Shown here: positions 31,009-40,921 of the stretch, piece after piece
Numbering within the stretch: the first letter of the stretch is position 1
Layout of the letters: the number at the start of each line of letters is the position of its first letter
Origin: an uncultured Bdellovibrionales bacterium
Lineage (GTDB): Bacteria; Patescibacteriota; Minisyncoccia; Moranbacterales; DUUL01
Assembly: GCA_964421125.1 (NCBI GenBank)
Contig: CAYQVD010000002.1
Coordinates: forward strand, 13,579 to 77,578
Direction: 5' to 3'
DNA length: 64,000 nt
Translations under genes and position numbers: made by a program
Notes under the pieces: model-generated
Database searches by the model: none
What the model saw: only the letters and a program-made list of their open reading frames with translations
Told to the model about the DNA's origin: nothing

Positions 31009-32133
31009 TTAATATAAATCAGTTGAAGAAACTCTTTTACGACGTCTTAATTTCCAAACACTTTGTGTGATTCCAACGGCTATTAATGAAATAATTAAAA
31101 AGCTCCCACCATAACTAACAAAAGGCAAAGACAATCCAGCTACTGGCATAATCCCCAAGTTCATTCCAATATTCACTACCATATGAAAAAAGAACATCAT
31201 TAAAATTCCACCAGCTAAAAGTTGCCCAAAATCATCCCTTGATTGATCAGAAGCTTTCTTAATACGATAAAATAAAACCCCTAAAACAGCCAGCAGAAGA
31301 GAGACTCCGATAAAACCACTTTCTTCGGCAATTGTAGCATAAATAAAATCGGTATGTCGCTCTGGAAGAAAATTCAATTGACTTTGTGATCCATGACCCA
31401 ATCCCTTTCCAGTAACTCCACCCGAACCAACCGCCACCATTGACTGAATAATATTATAACCACTTCCTAGTGGATCATTTTGAGGATTCAATAAAATTTC
31501 AACTCGATCTTTTTGATAATCTTTTAAAAAAAATCCCCAACCAATCAAGAAAAGAATTATTCCAGAAGCAATAAGCATTAAAAAAAACTTCTTATCAATA
31601 CCAGATAAAAACAACATTCCTCCCCAAATAACAATCATCACAACTGCAGAACCGAGATCAGGCTGAAGCATTACTAAAAAAACCGGAATAGCAAGATAAA
31701 CAAGTGAAACTAAAAATTCCTTTTTACCAATCCCCATTGACATCTTCTTGGCAAAAAATTTTGCTAAGAAAATAATCATAAAAATCTTCATAATTTCAAT
31801 AGGCTGAAAATTAAATGGTCCCAAACTAAACCACCCTGAAGTTCCACGAATAGTATCTCCCCAAAGAAGCACTGCCACTAAAAGAAAGTTTCCAATTACA
31901 TACAAAATTCCAGCATGACTTTTCCAAATTCGATAATCCAAAAAACTAAAAATTACAAAAAGTATTAACCCAATAATTAAGAAAATAATCTGTTTTTCAA
32001 AATGATTCAACCCACCACCGCTTTGAGCAATAGAAAGAGAATATATAGCCACCAATCCGGAGACCAAAAGAAAAAGCGTCGCCGAAACCGACACCCAATC
32101 AAAGTTATTATATTTTGATATTTTAGAAAACAT
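31009..32133 (-). CDS. rodA: Rod shape-determining SEDS protein RodA
   Basis: FQP.E..K, QPDLG, GYNIIQS..AVGSGG, LPERHTDFI, LPFVSYGGS. Confidence 0.93.
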   Translation of the reverse strand: MFSKISKYNNFDWVSVSATLFLLVSGLVAIYSLSIAQSGGGLNHFEKQIIFLIIGLILFVIFSFLDYRIWKSHAGILYVIGNFLLVAVLLWGDTIRGTSGWFSLGPFNFQPIEIMKIFMIIFLAKFFAKKMSMGIGKKEFLVSLVYLAIPVFLVMLQPDLGSAVVMIVIWGGMLFLSGIDKKFFLMLIASGIILFLIGWGFFLKDYQKDRVEILLNPQNDPLGSGYNIIQSMVAVGSGGVTGKGLGHGSQSQLNFLPERHTDFIYATIAEESGFIGVSLLLAVLGVLFYRIKKASDQSRDDFGQLLAGGILMMFFFHMVVNIGMNLGIMPVAGLSLPFVSYGGSFLIISLIAVGITQSVWKLRRRKRVSSTDLY

Positions 32134-32189
32134 ATATTTATTATAGCTATTGAAATATTTTTGTCTAAATAGCCTGATTCTAATATTTC

Positions 32190-33602
32190 TTATTCTACAC
32201 TCAACCCCGTTGGATAAGATGGTGGGGTAATGTCAAAAGATTCATATTCAAATGCGCCTATATCAATCATTGATCTCGCATTTCCGCTATAATCAGTTGA
32301 TGGATAATAGCCACTTCCAGCTGTACCATAACCACCGTCAATTGCATCTGTTGACAACACCGTTAGAGCCGCTCCTGCCGTAAGATTATTAATGTCCAAA
32401 AAGTTCGGATCGTATAATGACCCATCCAAATCTTTAAAGTTTCCAGAGTCCGTCCCTGGCGTACTGCCTTCGAGTATCGAGGCTACATCATAAAAAATAT
32501 TATTTCTTATACTAAAATTACTAGCATTCTCAACTAAATCCGCCCCCGTGTTCATGTCATAAAAAATATTATTATGAATGTATATATAATCACTGGAATT
32601 TGCGGACATACGATTTTCTCCAACTCCATCTGATATAATTGTGTTGTTTATAAACCAGATTATAACGTCATAAGGGTAAGCTGTGTACCTGTGAAGGACA
32701 TTCAAAGTGTCTCCGGAAGGGCAATTTTCACAAAGATCAATCACATTATTTCTGATAACGTATAAATTATTTGATCCCGATCCGGTAGACAAACCCCTAA
32801 TCCATATTACTTTCGGACTTGCTGATCGGCTATCACACCCATGAATATAATTATTTTCCCAATAGGACACATAATTACTGCCCGAATTTACATTCTTTAG
32901 TGTAGTTCCAGTTATCCCAATCACTTCATTACCTTGAAAATTTCCGTATGATCCGTATTTCCACTCTATAGTCATGGTATAATAATAACTATTCCAGGCA
33001 ACCCCATACATCGTAATCAGACAATCAACAATGTTAAAAACACTATTTCCCTTTGCCATCATTAACGATTCAGTTACAGAAGAACCGTCATAACCTTTTC
33101 CGCTAACATCGCACCCAGTTATATCTATTGCAGTTGAATTGTCCAAAAAAACAGCCATTGTGTTTAATGCACCACGCATTTCTATATTGCTTACAGAAAT
33201 ATTGGTCGAATCTATAAATTGCAAAACACACCAGTTCGGATCAAGCGTTGATGGTGTAGTATCCACCTGTTCAGTATTGTCTATAAGTGGTTTTGACCCA
33301 GTACCGTAAGAATCAATCGTGATATTGCTTTTTCCATCAAAGTGAAGAGAGGCGTAAGATTCGTTTGCTGTACTTGTCCATGTATCACCTTTATTTAGAT
33401 AGACCGTATCACCACTACTGATAGATGTACGGATTTTATCAAGTGATGCCCATGCCGTTGCATCTGAGGTGCCAGCACTCCCATCATTGCCCCCAGTTTT
33501 AATATAATAGGTGGCCGCCTCCGAACTTCCCACTAACCCAAAAAAACTAAAAAATATTATTAGGGTGAGGATAACTTTAAGTTTTGAGTATTTGTTTTGC
33601 AT
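32190..33602 (-). CDS. Secreted parallel beta-helix (pectin-lyase-like) protein
   Basis: Signal peptide, ATYYIKTGGND..GTS..AW, GDTVYL, repeated NNTI/NNIF, IDIGAFEY, C-terminal PPSYPTGLSVE. Confidence 0.8.
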   Translation of the reverse strand: MQNKYSKLKVILTLIIFFSFFGLVGSSEAATYYIKTGGNDGSAGTSDATAWASLDKIRTSISSGDTVYLNKGDTWTSTANESYASLHFDGKSNITIDSYGTGSKPLIDNTEQVDTTPSTLDPNWCVLQFIDSTNISVSNIEMRGALNTMAVFLDNSTAIDITGCDVSGKGYDGSSVTESLMMAKGNSVFNIVDCLITMYGVAWNSYYYTMTIEWKYGSYGNFQGNEVIGITGTTLKNVNSGSNYVSYWENNYIHGCDSRSASPKVIWIRGLSTGSGSNNLYVIRNNVIDLCENCPSGDTLNVLHRYTAYPYDVIIWFINNTIISDGVGENRMSANSSDYIYIHNNIFYDMNTGADLVENASNFSIRNNIFYDVASILEGSTPGTDSGNFKDLDGSLYDPNFLDINNLTAGAALTVLSTDAIDGGYGTAGSGYYPSTDYSGNARSMIDIGAFEYESFDITPPSYPTGLSVE

Positions 33603-33614
33603 ATTTTAAATATA

Positions 33615-33720
33615 ATTTTTAATTTCCAATTTTGTAATTTTATAAATAAATCTCAAATCTTAATGTTTAAAAATTCAGATATTAGAAATTATTTAAAAAA
33701 TTATAAAATTATAAAATTTA
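33615..33720. repeat. Degenerate heptamer-repeat inverted element
   Basis: aattttt/aatttcc/aattttg opposed by aaaatta arrays. Confidence 0.55.
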
Positions 33721-33771
33721 TTCCCTATTCCACACCCAGCCCCGTTAAATATATTATTTTCATCTTTGACC

Positions 33772-34821
33772 CTACAATCCATGAACCACTTTATTACGAT
33801 TATGTTCTTCTAATGTAACAGAATAAACCATTTCTCCTGTTCCTGGATCAGTTAAAAAGAAATAGTAATTATTTTCATCTGGATAAATAGCTGCTCTAAT
33901 TGCATCTAGTCCCGGATTTGCGATTGGCCCTGGTGGTAATCCCGCATTTTTATAAGTATTATATGGTGAAACAAGCTCAGTATCTTCAATTGAATATTGC
34001 TTTTTATCAATTCCAGTTACATAGGCAAGTGTAGCGCAACTCTGAAGAGGATATTCATCATTCATTCTTTTCCAAAAAATTCCAGAAACAATTCGACGTG
34101 CTTCTGCAGTTTTTGCCTCCTTTTCAATGACTGAGGCCATAGTGATAATTTCATGCAGACTCTTTCCCTGACTTTCAATTTCCTTCATCAAATCGCTATC
34201 AATTTGTTTATTGAAATTGTTAAGAAATTTCATAACAAGAATTTCTGCCGTGTCTTCACTATCAATAAAATATGTATCAGGGAAAAGATATCCTTCAATG
34301 TCCACTCCTTCCGGAATTGTTTTCAAGAAATCATATCTTTGCAAGACTTTTCCGCAAGCACACTCCTCAACTTCTTGAAGACATTGGCAACTAGCAATTT
34401 TCTCAAATTGAGACCCAATCTCAGGATCAATTTTTTTTAACCTTTCTGCAATTTTTTTATTTGTAAATCCTTCCGGAACAGTAAGTTTTTTAATTTCTGG
34501 ATTATTCTCTCCTTCAATTAAAATTAAAGTAATTTCAGGTATTGTTAAATTCGAAGTAAGTTCAAAATTTCCAGCCTGAATTTTACTGCCCGAGTCATTC
34601 TTCCAAATATAAAAATAGAAAAAATACTTGTTTAAAATAAGCCCATCATCTTCCAAGTTAGCACCAATCTCCTTAGCACTTTGTCCTTCTTTAATTTCAA
34701 ATTCCACAGGAATATTTGAATCACTAGCAGTTGAGTTCAAAACTGAATTTTCAAAAAATTTAAATCCCACAAAAACCAGGGCAAATAAAATCACCAAGGC
34801 AAATAAAATTTTATTTATCAT
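33772..34821 (-). CDS. mltG: Endolytic transglycosylase MltG
   Basis: TVPEG, EGYLFPDTY, MASVIEKE, SPYNTY..GLPPGPIANPG. Confidence 0.95.
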   Translation of the reverse strand: MINKILFALVILFALVFVGFKFFENSVLNSTASDSNIPVEFEIKEGQSAKEIGANLEDDGLILNKYFFYFYIWKNDSGSKIQAGNFELTSNLTIPEITLILIEGENNPEIKKLTVPEGFTNKKIAERLKKIDPEIGSQFEKIASCQCLQEVEECACGKVLQRYDFLKTIPEGVDIEGYLFPDTYFIDSEDTAEILVMKFLNNFNKQIDSDLMKEIESQGKSLHEIITMASVIEKEAKTAEARRIVSGIFWKRMNDEYPLQSCATLAYVTGIDKKQYSIEDTELVSPYNTYKNAGLPPGPIANPGLDAIRAAIYPDENNYYFFLTDPGTGEMVYSVTLEEHNRNKVVHGL

Positions 34822-34902
34822 AAAAAAATAATTAATTAAAAAATATTATCACACTTAAAAATATCTGATTGCAATGCAATCCCCTTTTAAGAATAATCTT
34901 CA

Positions 34903-35220
34903 TTCTCTCTGGGAATAAAATTTTCTACAAAAATTTTGTCTGAAAACCCAAATTTTGTCCTAGAGTCTATTTCTAATCTCCATATTCTGCTGCAAATTCC
35001 TAATTTCAGCTACAAAAAACTCATCACTCGTTGAAATAACATTCGTTATTCCTTCCTCATTCTTCACTTTTTTCGCTTGAACTTTGAAATTTTCGTAACG
35101 AAAGAGAAATTAGGAATAGACTCTTGATCGTCCAAGGTGGTATTGAATGTGGGTAAGATTTTCAGTTATAAAATTTAGGGTTTGAGTTTATTTTTTAGAA
35201 AATTTTGTTTCCAAAGAGAA
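34903..35220 (+). other. ~320-bp non-coding fold-back element (candidate structured RNA/ssDNA)
   Basis: 34903-34927 pairs with 35196-35220 (22/25 plus 2 G-U); 34962-34977 pairs with 35109-35124 (15/16 plus G-U); nested. Confidence 0.7.
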
Positions 35221-35257
35221 GCTCTTTTCAAATCCACCGCCAACCCAAACACAATTG

Positions 35258-35330
35258 AGATGTGGATAATGTATTTTTGAGAACATGACATTCTAATGGA
35301 ATTTTTCGAAAAAATATATTATCCACATCT
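35258..35330 (+). repeat. ~70-bp palindromic repeat family, copy A
   Basis: agatgtggataat...attatccacatct; homologous to 36751, 42603 and 47963. Confidence 0.9.
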
Positions 35331-35371
35331 TAGTTACTAACAATTCATAAAAGTAAAAACAAATAATCAGG

Positions 35372-36706
35372 CTAATCAGTTCTTTCAGAAACAATCACCT
35401 TTTCTCCTGCCTTCAATCCGCTCTTAATTTCTATCATTCCACTATCCCCTTCTAGTCCAACTTGAATCTGTCGCTTCTCAATATTTCCAAGCTCATCAAT
35501 AATTTTCACGGATGTTTTCGATTCATCATAATTAACAGCACTCTGTGGAATTGTCAAAACGCTTTCTCTATTATCTATAAGAATATCTACGTCTGCGCTC
35601 ATTCCTTCTTTCAAACGAGAATCAATTTTATTAAGCTTTAATTTAGCTTTATAATAAACAACATCCTGAATAATTGTAGCAGCTGGATTGATCTCAATGA
35701 CTTGTGCTTCAATTGTTTCATCAAAAGATAACGCGTCAAAAGATAGTTCTGCTATTTGATCAATTTGAACCTTTGAAATATCAGATTCTGAAATCATAGC
35801 TTCCAAAATGAAATCCTTGGAAATCATTTTTCCAAAACTTGTTACACCGACCGAAGAAGATCCTAAAACCTCCCCTTCTTCATAATTAATTTCAGCAATC
35901 ATTCCATTGACTGGAGCTTTCAAGGAAGATTTTTCTAAATTAGCAACTGCGATATCATAATCAGCTCGAGCAGCTTCAACAACTGCATCCCGACTTCTTT
36001 CTGCATATTGAGACTTGGCTGTTTTTAATGATTTCTTAGCAGAACTCAGTAAATTCTCAGCAGAAACTTTTGCTAAATCTTTTGCCTTATTAACAGTTTC
36101 GATTGCTTGATCTGCACTATTTTTACTTGTTTCAGCCGATCTCATTGTCAACTTAGCACTTTGCACTGCAACACTGCCCTCACCTGAAGCAGTAACATTC
36201 AAATCATAATACTCAACTGCTTCATTATAATAATCACTAGCATCTTCATAGGCCTGTTGTGCTGCTAAAACTTTTTGATCCTCTAGGTCATCCACCTCAC
36301 TTAGATAATCCTCAGCATTATCAACTGCCTGTTCTAATTCTCGAATTGTATCATCACTAGAGCCAGCATCAGCAACAGCTTTATTAAGAGCAATTTCGGC
36401 TTTCTCGAGCTGTTTAGTTAAAACATCGCTCGAAAGATTTGCTAAGACTTCTCCGTCTCCAATTTCATCTCCAATTTCAACTTTCACTACTCCCACTCGA
36501 CCAGAGTTTTCAAAATTTAAAACAACCTCACTTTCCGACTTCAAATCACCCGTTGCCGAAACAGTTTGAGAAATATTTTCGACCTGAACTTCTTCAATAA
36601 GATATTTTTCATTAACATCTTCATCTGTTTGAAATCTCCAAACAATAAAACTAGCTATAATAATAGCAATAACTAAACCAGTAATTATTTTTTTCTTTTT
36701 TGACAT
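35372..36706 (-). CDS. Efflux RND/MacA-type periplasmic adaptor subunit
   Basis: TM anchor, VSATG, lipoyl halves, coiled coil, LKAPVNG, LKEGMSADV, GLKAGEKV; start taken at MSKKKK because the longer ORF starts inside a repeat. Confidence 0.88.
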   Translation of the reverse strand: MSKKKKIITGLVIAIIIASFIVWRFQTDEDVNEKYLIEEVQVENISQTVSATGDLKSESEVVLNFENSGRVGVVKVEIGDEIGDGEVLANLSSDVLTKQLEKAEIALNKAVADAGSSDDTIRELEQAVDNAEDYLSEVDDLEDQKVLAAQQAYEDASDYYNEAVEYYDLNVTASGEGSVAVQSAKLTMRSAETSKNSADQAIETVNKAKDLAKVSAENLLSSAKKSLKTAKSQYAERSRDAVVEAARADYDIAVANLEKSSLKAPVNGMIAEINYEEGEVLGSSSVGVTSFGKMISKDFILEAMISESDISKVQIDQIAELSFDALSFDETIEAQVIEINPAATIIQDVVYYKAKLKLNKIDSRLKEGMSADVDILIDNRESVLTIPQSAVNYDESKTSVKIIDELGNIEKRQIQVGLEGDSGMIEIKSGLKAGEKVIVSERTD

Positions 36707-36750
36707 TTTTTTTATTTTTAACACAACAAAAACTTTTTTATTATCAGTTA

Positions 36751-36823
36751 AGCTGTAGATAATGTATTTTCGAGAGCATGACATTCTGATGGAATTTTTC
36801 GAGAAAATATGTTATCTATAGTT
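36751..36823 (+). repeat. ~70-bp palindromic repeat family, copy B
   Basis: tgtagataatgtattttcgagagcatgacattctgatggaatttttcgagaaaatatgttatctata. Confidence 0.9.
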
Positions 36824-36829
36824 TAATCC

Positions 36830-37711
36830 CTATTTCATATTTCTATTATATAACGTTAATGTATTTTTTAAAAGCATTGCAACTGTCACCGGACCAACCC
36901 CGCCAGGCACTGGTGTTATGAATCTTACTTTTTCTTCCGCTTCTTTAAAATTAACATCTCCTAAAATATCATCTCCCTCTTTTGTAATCCCTATATCAAT
37001 CACTACTGCATTTTCTTTAATCGTATCTCCACCAATGAACTCTGGGCGACCGACCGCCGAAATTAGAAGATCGGCCTTGATTGTTTTATTTTTCAACTCA
37101 GAATCATCTGCTTGGATCAAATCAATTTTTCCACCCCGACACTCAAGAACTTTAGCTAAACTTTTTCCGAAAATATCAGAATTTGAAACTACACAAACTT
37201 TTTTATCTTTCAAATCAAAATCAATATCCTCCAATATTTCAATCACAACCTGCAACACTGGCGGAATCACATCTTCATGGCTACACGTTTCCAACAGCTT
37301 TTTCAAGTTTTCTGGATGAAATCGATCAACATCTTTTTCTGGATCAATAGCTTTAATAATCCTGTCCGTATCAAGACCTTCCGGTAACGGCAACTGAACC
37401 AAAATCGCATCCACATCATCATCTTGATTTAAATATTCTATTGTTTTTATAATGTCCTCTTCCGACGCTTCTTGCGAACTTCGATAAACATTAATATTCA
37501 TCCCCACCTTCCTAGCTTCTTTTTCTTTCAATTTAACATAGAGTTTTGAATCCTCTCTTTCGCCAATCAAAACAATCGCAAGTCCTGGCATTCGTTTTCC
37601 TGCTTCTTGCAATTTAACAATTTCCCTTCTCGCTTCGCTACTAATCCTTTCAGCAATTTTCTTGCCATCAATAATCTTCGCTAATTTTTTTTTCATTTTT
37701 TTCATTAACAA
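36830..37711 (-). CDS. folD: Bifunctional methylene-THF dehydrogenase/cyclohydrolase
   Basis: IIDGKKIA, ILVQLPLP, KDVD, ITPVPGGVGPVT; exact start uncertain. Confidence 0.95.
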   Translation of the reverse strand: MLMKKMKKKLAKIIDGKKIAERISSEARREIVKLQEAGKRMPGLAIVLIGEREDSKLYVKLKEKEARKVGMNINVYRSSQEASEEDIIKTIEYLNQDDDVDAILVQLPLPEGLDTDRIIKAIDPEKDVDRFHPENLKKLLETCSHEDVIPPVLQVVIEILEDIDFDLKDKKVCVVSNSDIFGKSLAKVLECRGGKIDLIQADDSELKNKTIKADLLISAVGRPEFIGGDTIKENAVVIDIGITKEGDDILGDVNFKEAEEKVRFITPVPGGVGPVTVAMLLKNTLTLYNRNMK

Positions 37712-37762
37712 CTATAAATATCTCTCAATAAAACCTACTAACTTTTTATATAAAAACCTTCT

Positions 37763-38095
37763 TTATTTTTCTTCAGAAACATTCCCAGACTCAATTAATT
37801 CTTGTATTAATTCTTTTTTTATTTTACCTGCTTCAATTTTTAAATCTTTTTTTAATTCATCAGAAACAGAACCTAGAAATTTTTTATACTTTTCAGCAGA
37901 TTTTAAATAATTGACCTCCTTTTCACTAAATTCATCTAAAACTTCTATGAAACTATTTATTCTTGAATCACTCAACTGATCAAGACTACTAATCACATAT
38001 TCTTGAAAACTTGGCGGGAGACCAGATAAAGATAATTTAAATATTAATTCAGCAATTTTGTTTTTTCGATCTTTCATTAAAATACACTTAATCAA
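37763..38095 (-). CDS. Hypothetical protein
   Basis: Helical ~104-110-aa ORF, co-oriented with its neighbours. Confidence 0.65.
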   Translation of the reverse strand: MIKCILMKDRKNKIAELIFKLSLSGLPPSFQEYVISSLDQLSDSRINSFIEVLDEFSEKEVNYLKSAEKYKKFLGSVSDELKKDLKIEAGKIKKELIQELIESGNVSEEK

Positions 38096-39439
38096 TTAAT
38101 TTCCCTTATAACCCAAGAAATCTGCGAGGTAATTCGCACCTTTCACCACTGAATCACTTTTTTCAACTAACTTTTCTTTCATTATTCCTTCTGTAGAGTC
38201 CAAGGCTCCAGTGGCTTTTTCTTTAACATAGTCCATTGCCCCTTCCTTAAGACGCTCTTTGCCAAGATCCCAAAGACTGTCCCATTCTTCTTGTATCCAT
38301 TGCATAACTGGAGCCATTTTCCCTTCTATATAATCTTCCCCTTCATGTATTTTCTCCGCTATAGGACCCCAAGTTCCCATTTTATCCATTCCAATCTTTG
38401 CCAAAGGCAAAGCTCCAAGCATAGTACAAACAACTGCCTTCATATATTTCCCATAGCCACCAAAGGCATCAACCAATTCCTTTTCTACTTCTTTGATTTT
38501 CTTATTATAAGAATCATTTTCCAATTTACCTTCCATGACTATTTTTAATTTTTGAGAGATAGCTTTAGTTATTTCTTCCTTTCCATTTTCTGAATTTGCC
38601 ATTTTCAACCATTTTCCTTCAACTTCTCCAGCAAAATCACCAAGTTTATTTTTGTAATAATTTTCTATACTTGAAATCATTTCTTCGGCAGTTTGATGAG
38701 ATAAATCTTCTATGAAAACATTATTTTCATCAAAAAGCTCTTTCTTCCCAGCTAAAATATTTTTTAAATTATTGAAATCTAAATTGTCCTTATATTCCAA
38801 CTCGAAGAGAGCAATATCTTCTGAAAGTTCTTTTAACTTTTGTTCATTTTCTTTTGGATTTTCTCTTAAGGCACTCAACTCAGATCTAAGATTGCAATAT
38901 TCCTCCATTTTCTCTTTTATATTTTCATCATTCAGGGAATTAATAAAAGACCTTTGAATCAGGTCATCAGATGTTTGTAAATTCTTGTAATCTTCATTTG
39001 AATCACGAACTGCAATATTTTTCCTAAGAGCATCAACCCAGGTTGGTGCTCCCAATAAAAAAACATTGCTAGAAATCTTTGAAAAGTTCTTACCTAAAAA
39101 AGTTGCAATCTTCGTTCCCTTTTCCACTGCTCCATTAATAATCCCTCCAAGATGAGCCGGCAGAATAAAACCAGTAACAAACTTTGAAGCAGCTGGAATA
39201 AGTTTATTGGCTACATCAGATTTAAAATCTAGATACTTTTCAAAAGCCTCCCATGACTTATCTCCCCCTTCCAATAACATCAAAAAACTATCTTCCTTAA
39301 ATTTGCCATAAATTTCTGACATTTTTTGTTTATCAAAAATATCAGAAATCTTTTCCAGCATTCCCTCTTCTTCTTTTTTTTCGTAAGCAAAATTTTTATT
39401 ATCCAAGGCTATCTCACCTCCAGAAATCTTGTTTCTCAT
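38096..39439 (-). CDS. Hypothetical helical protein
   Basis: 447-aa ORF with glycine-rich amphipathic segments and coiled coil. Confidence 0.75.
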   Translation of the reverse strand: MRNKISGGEIALDNKNFAYEKKEEEGMLEKISDIFDKQKMSEIYGKFKEDSFLMLLEGGDKSWEAFEKYLDFKSDVANKLIPAASKFVTGFILPAHLGGIINGAVEKGTKIATFLGKNFSKISSNVFLLGAPTWVDALRKNIAVRDSNEDYKNLQTSDDLIQRSFINSLNDENIKEKMEEYCNLRSELSALRENPKENEQKLKELSEDIALFELEYKDNLDFNNLKNILAGKKELFDENNVFIEDLSHQTAEEMISSIENYYKNKLGDFAGEVEGKWLKMANSENGKEEITKAISQKLKIVMEGKLENDSYNKKIKEVEKELVDAFGGYGKYMKAVVCTMLGALPLAKIGMDKMGTWGPIAEKIHEGEDYIEGKMAPVMQWIQEEWDSLWDLGKERLKEGAMDYVKEKATGALDSTEGIMKEKLVEKSDSVVKGANYLADFLGYKGN

Positions 39440-39447
39440 AGCACAAC

Positions 39448-39873
39448 TTAATTAATTTGTCCCTTCTTTTTTGCGTCCTTCAATTCTCTTTCTAAAGAAT
39501 CTTTTTTGATTTTATCCCAATCTATATTCTCCATAATCCTTTTCTCCACAGCATCAAAATCAATTTCAGGCCCCTTTTTTCTACTATCCAAAGCTGAAGA
39601 AGTTAATCCGATCCAATAATTATTAGGAATTCTATTTTTTATATCATCTGATGAAGCACTTCCTCCTTTCTCTTTAAAAACATCTTCTTCAACCTTCATA
39701 TACTCATCATAAGCGCTTTGAATTTTATCCTTTTCTTCTTGTGAATTAGCTACTTCTAAAACAGCCTCTAGAATTACTTCCTGAGTTTCAATAAAAGCCT
39801 TTCTTGCTTCATTAGATCCATCAAGATTCTCTTGATAGTTTAACATATTTTTTACAAATTTGTCTTCTGACAT
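39448..39873 (-). CDS. Hypothetical protein
   Basis: 141-aa acidic ORF. Confidence 0.7.
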   Translation of the reverse strand: MSEDKFVKNMLNYQENLDGSNEARKAFIETQEVILEAVLEVANSQEEKDKIQSAYDEYMKVEEDVFKEKGGSASSDDIKNRIPNNYWIGLTSSALDSRKKGPEIDFDAVEKRIMENIDWDKIKKDSLERELKDAKKKGQIN

Positions 39874-39981
39874 TTTTTTATATTAATAATTTAATCCTCA
39901 ATCTTATATCTTTTCCCACTAATAATTACTTCTCCACCACGATGCATGTTTTCTAACTTATTTACATTATCATCCTTATTT

Positions 39982-40602
39982 TTAATTTCTTTCCAAACTA
40001 AATTCAATTAATCTTTTTTTGACCACTTCGTCGTCTATTTCAAATCCAGATAGATATTCGACTTCTTCGTCATAATTTACGTCTTCAAAATAAATTAAAG
40101 CCTCACGAAATATCCTTTCATTGAATTCACCTTCAAATATTTTTTTCGCTCGCTCAACAATTTTTTTTATAGAATGATATTTATTTATTATAAAATACAA
40201 ATCGACATAATCTTTCCATTTTGCCCTACGCCTAAGTGCAAAAGCTTTCATCGCACCTAAAGTCAAAAGATCTGGCATTCTTAGAAAATCTTCTAAATTT
40301 TTAGAAAAATCTAAAGCATATGGATAATTAAAAAAAGTGAATTGAACATTATCAATAAAAAAAGTATACTGATCATCTTCATCTTTATACACTTTACCGA
40401 TTTTTCAGCCTTCTTTTTTTATCACTCGTCTAATTTTAGTGCTTTCAAATTCTTTCAATGAAAATAAATCAAAATCAATTGAACGTCGATGTCCAATTTG
40501 CAAGGCAATGGCTGTTCCACCCACCAATCCAAAATTCTTAATAAATTTCTTTACTAACAATAATAATTCTATTTGCTTCTTGGTCAAAATTTCTTTATGC
40601 AT
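39982..40602 (-). pseudogene. AbiEii-type nucleotidyltransferase toxin interrupted by an in-frame TGA (40405-40407)
   Basis: LVGGTAIALQIGHRRSIDFDLF and MKAFAL.RR...KDYVDLY motifs are in the same frame on either side of TGA. Confidence 0.85.
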
Positions 40603-40858
40603 GGGCATTGAAATATAGTGTAAAATAATGTTTCGTTCTTTTATGATAATTTTGTCTTCCCATTTTTGATGGCTGAGATTTTTCACGAAAAATCCTGGCC
40701 ACTTCTTTAATGCCCAAAATTTTAATGAGTGTTTGCACATCATCCCAATCGCCATAATTCAAAGTGGCCTCCACAATTGATTCTGGTCCGAGTTTGTCAT
40801 AATCCTTTACCCACCAAATCAAATGCTTTCTTTTTTTTATAAAATCATGAATATCCAC
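40595..40858 (-). CDS. Putative antitoxin partner of the AbiEii-type toxin (DUF6922-like)
   Basis: LIWWVKD..IVEATLNYGDWDD; overlaps the toxin start. Confidence 0.7.
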   Translation of the reverse strand: MDIHDFIKKRKHLIWWVKDYDKLGPESIVEATLNYGDWDDVQTLIKILGIKEVARIFREKSQPSKMGRQNYHKRTKHYFTLYFNAHA

Positions 40859-40921
40859 ACAGCTATTTTAGCATAATTAAAGCCCTAAATCAAAAAATTA
40901 ATCCTGAAATTATGACCGATT

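Noticed and set aside
36707-36784. N-terminal extension of the RND adaptor
   Set aside because: The upstream ATG lies within palindromic repeat copy B
40405-40755. 116-aa ORF as listed in the track
   Set aside because: Its N-terminal half overlaps the antitoxin gene; the real start is MHKEIL at 40602 and the frame continues past TGA
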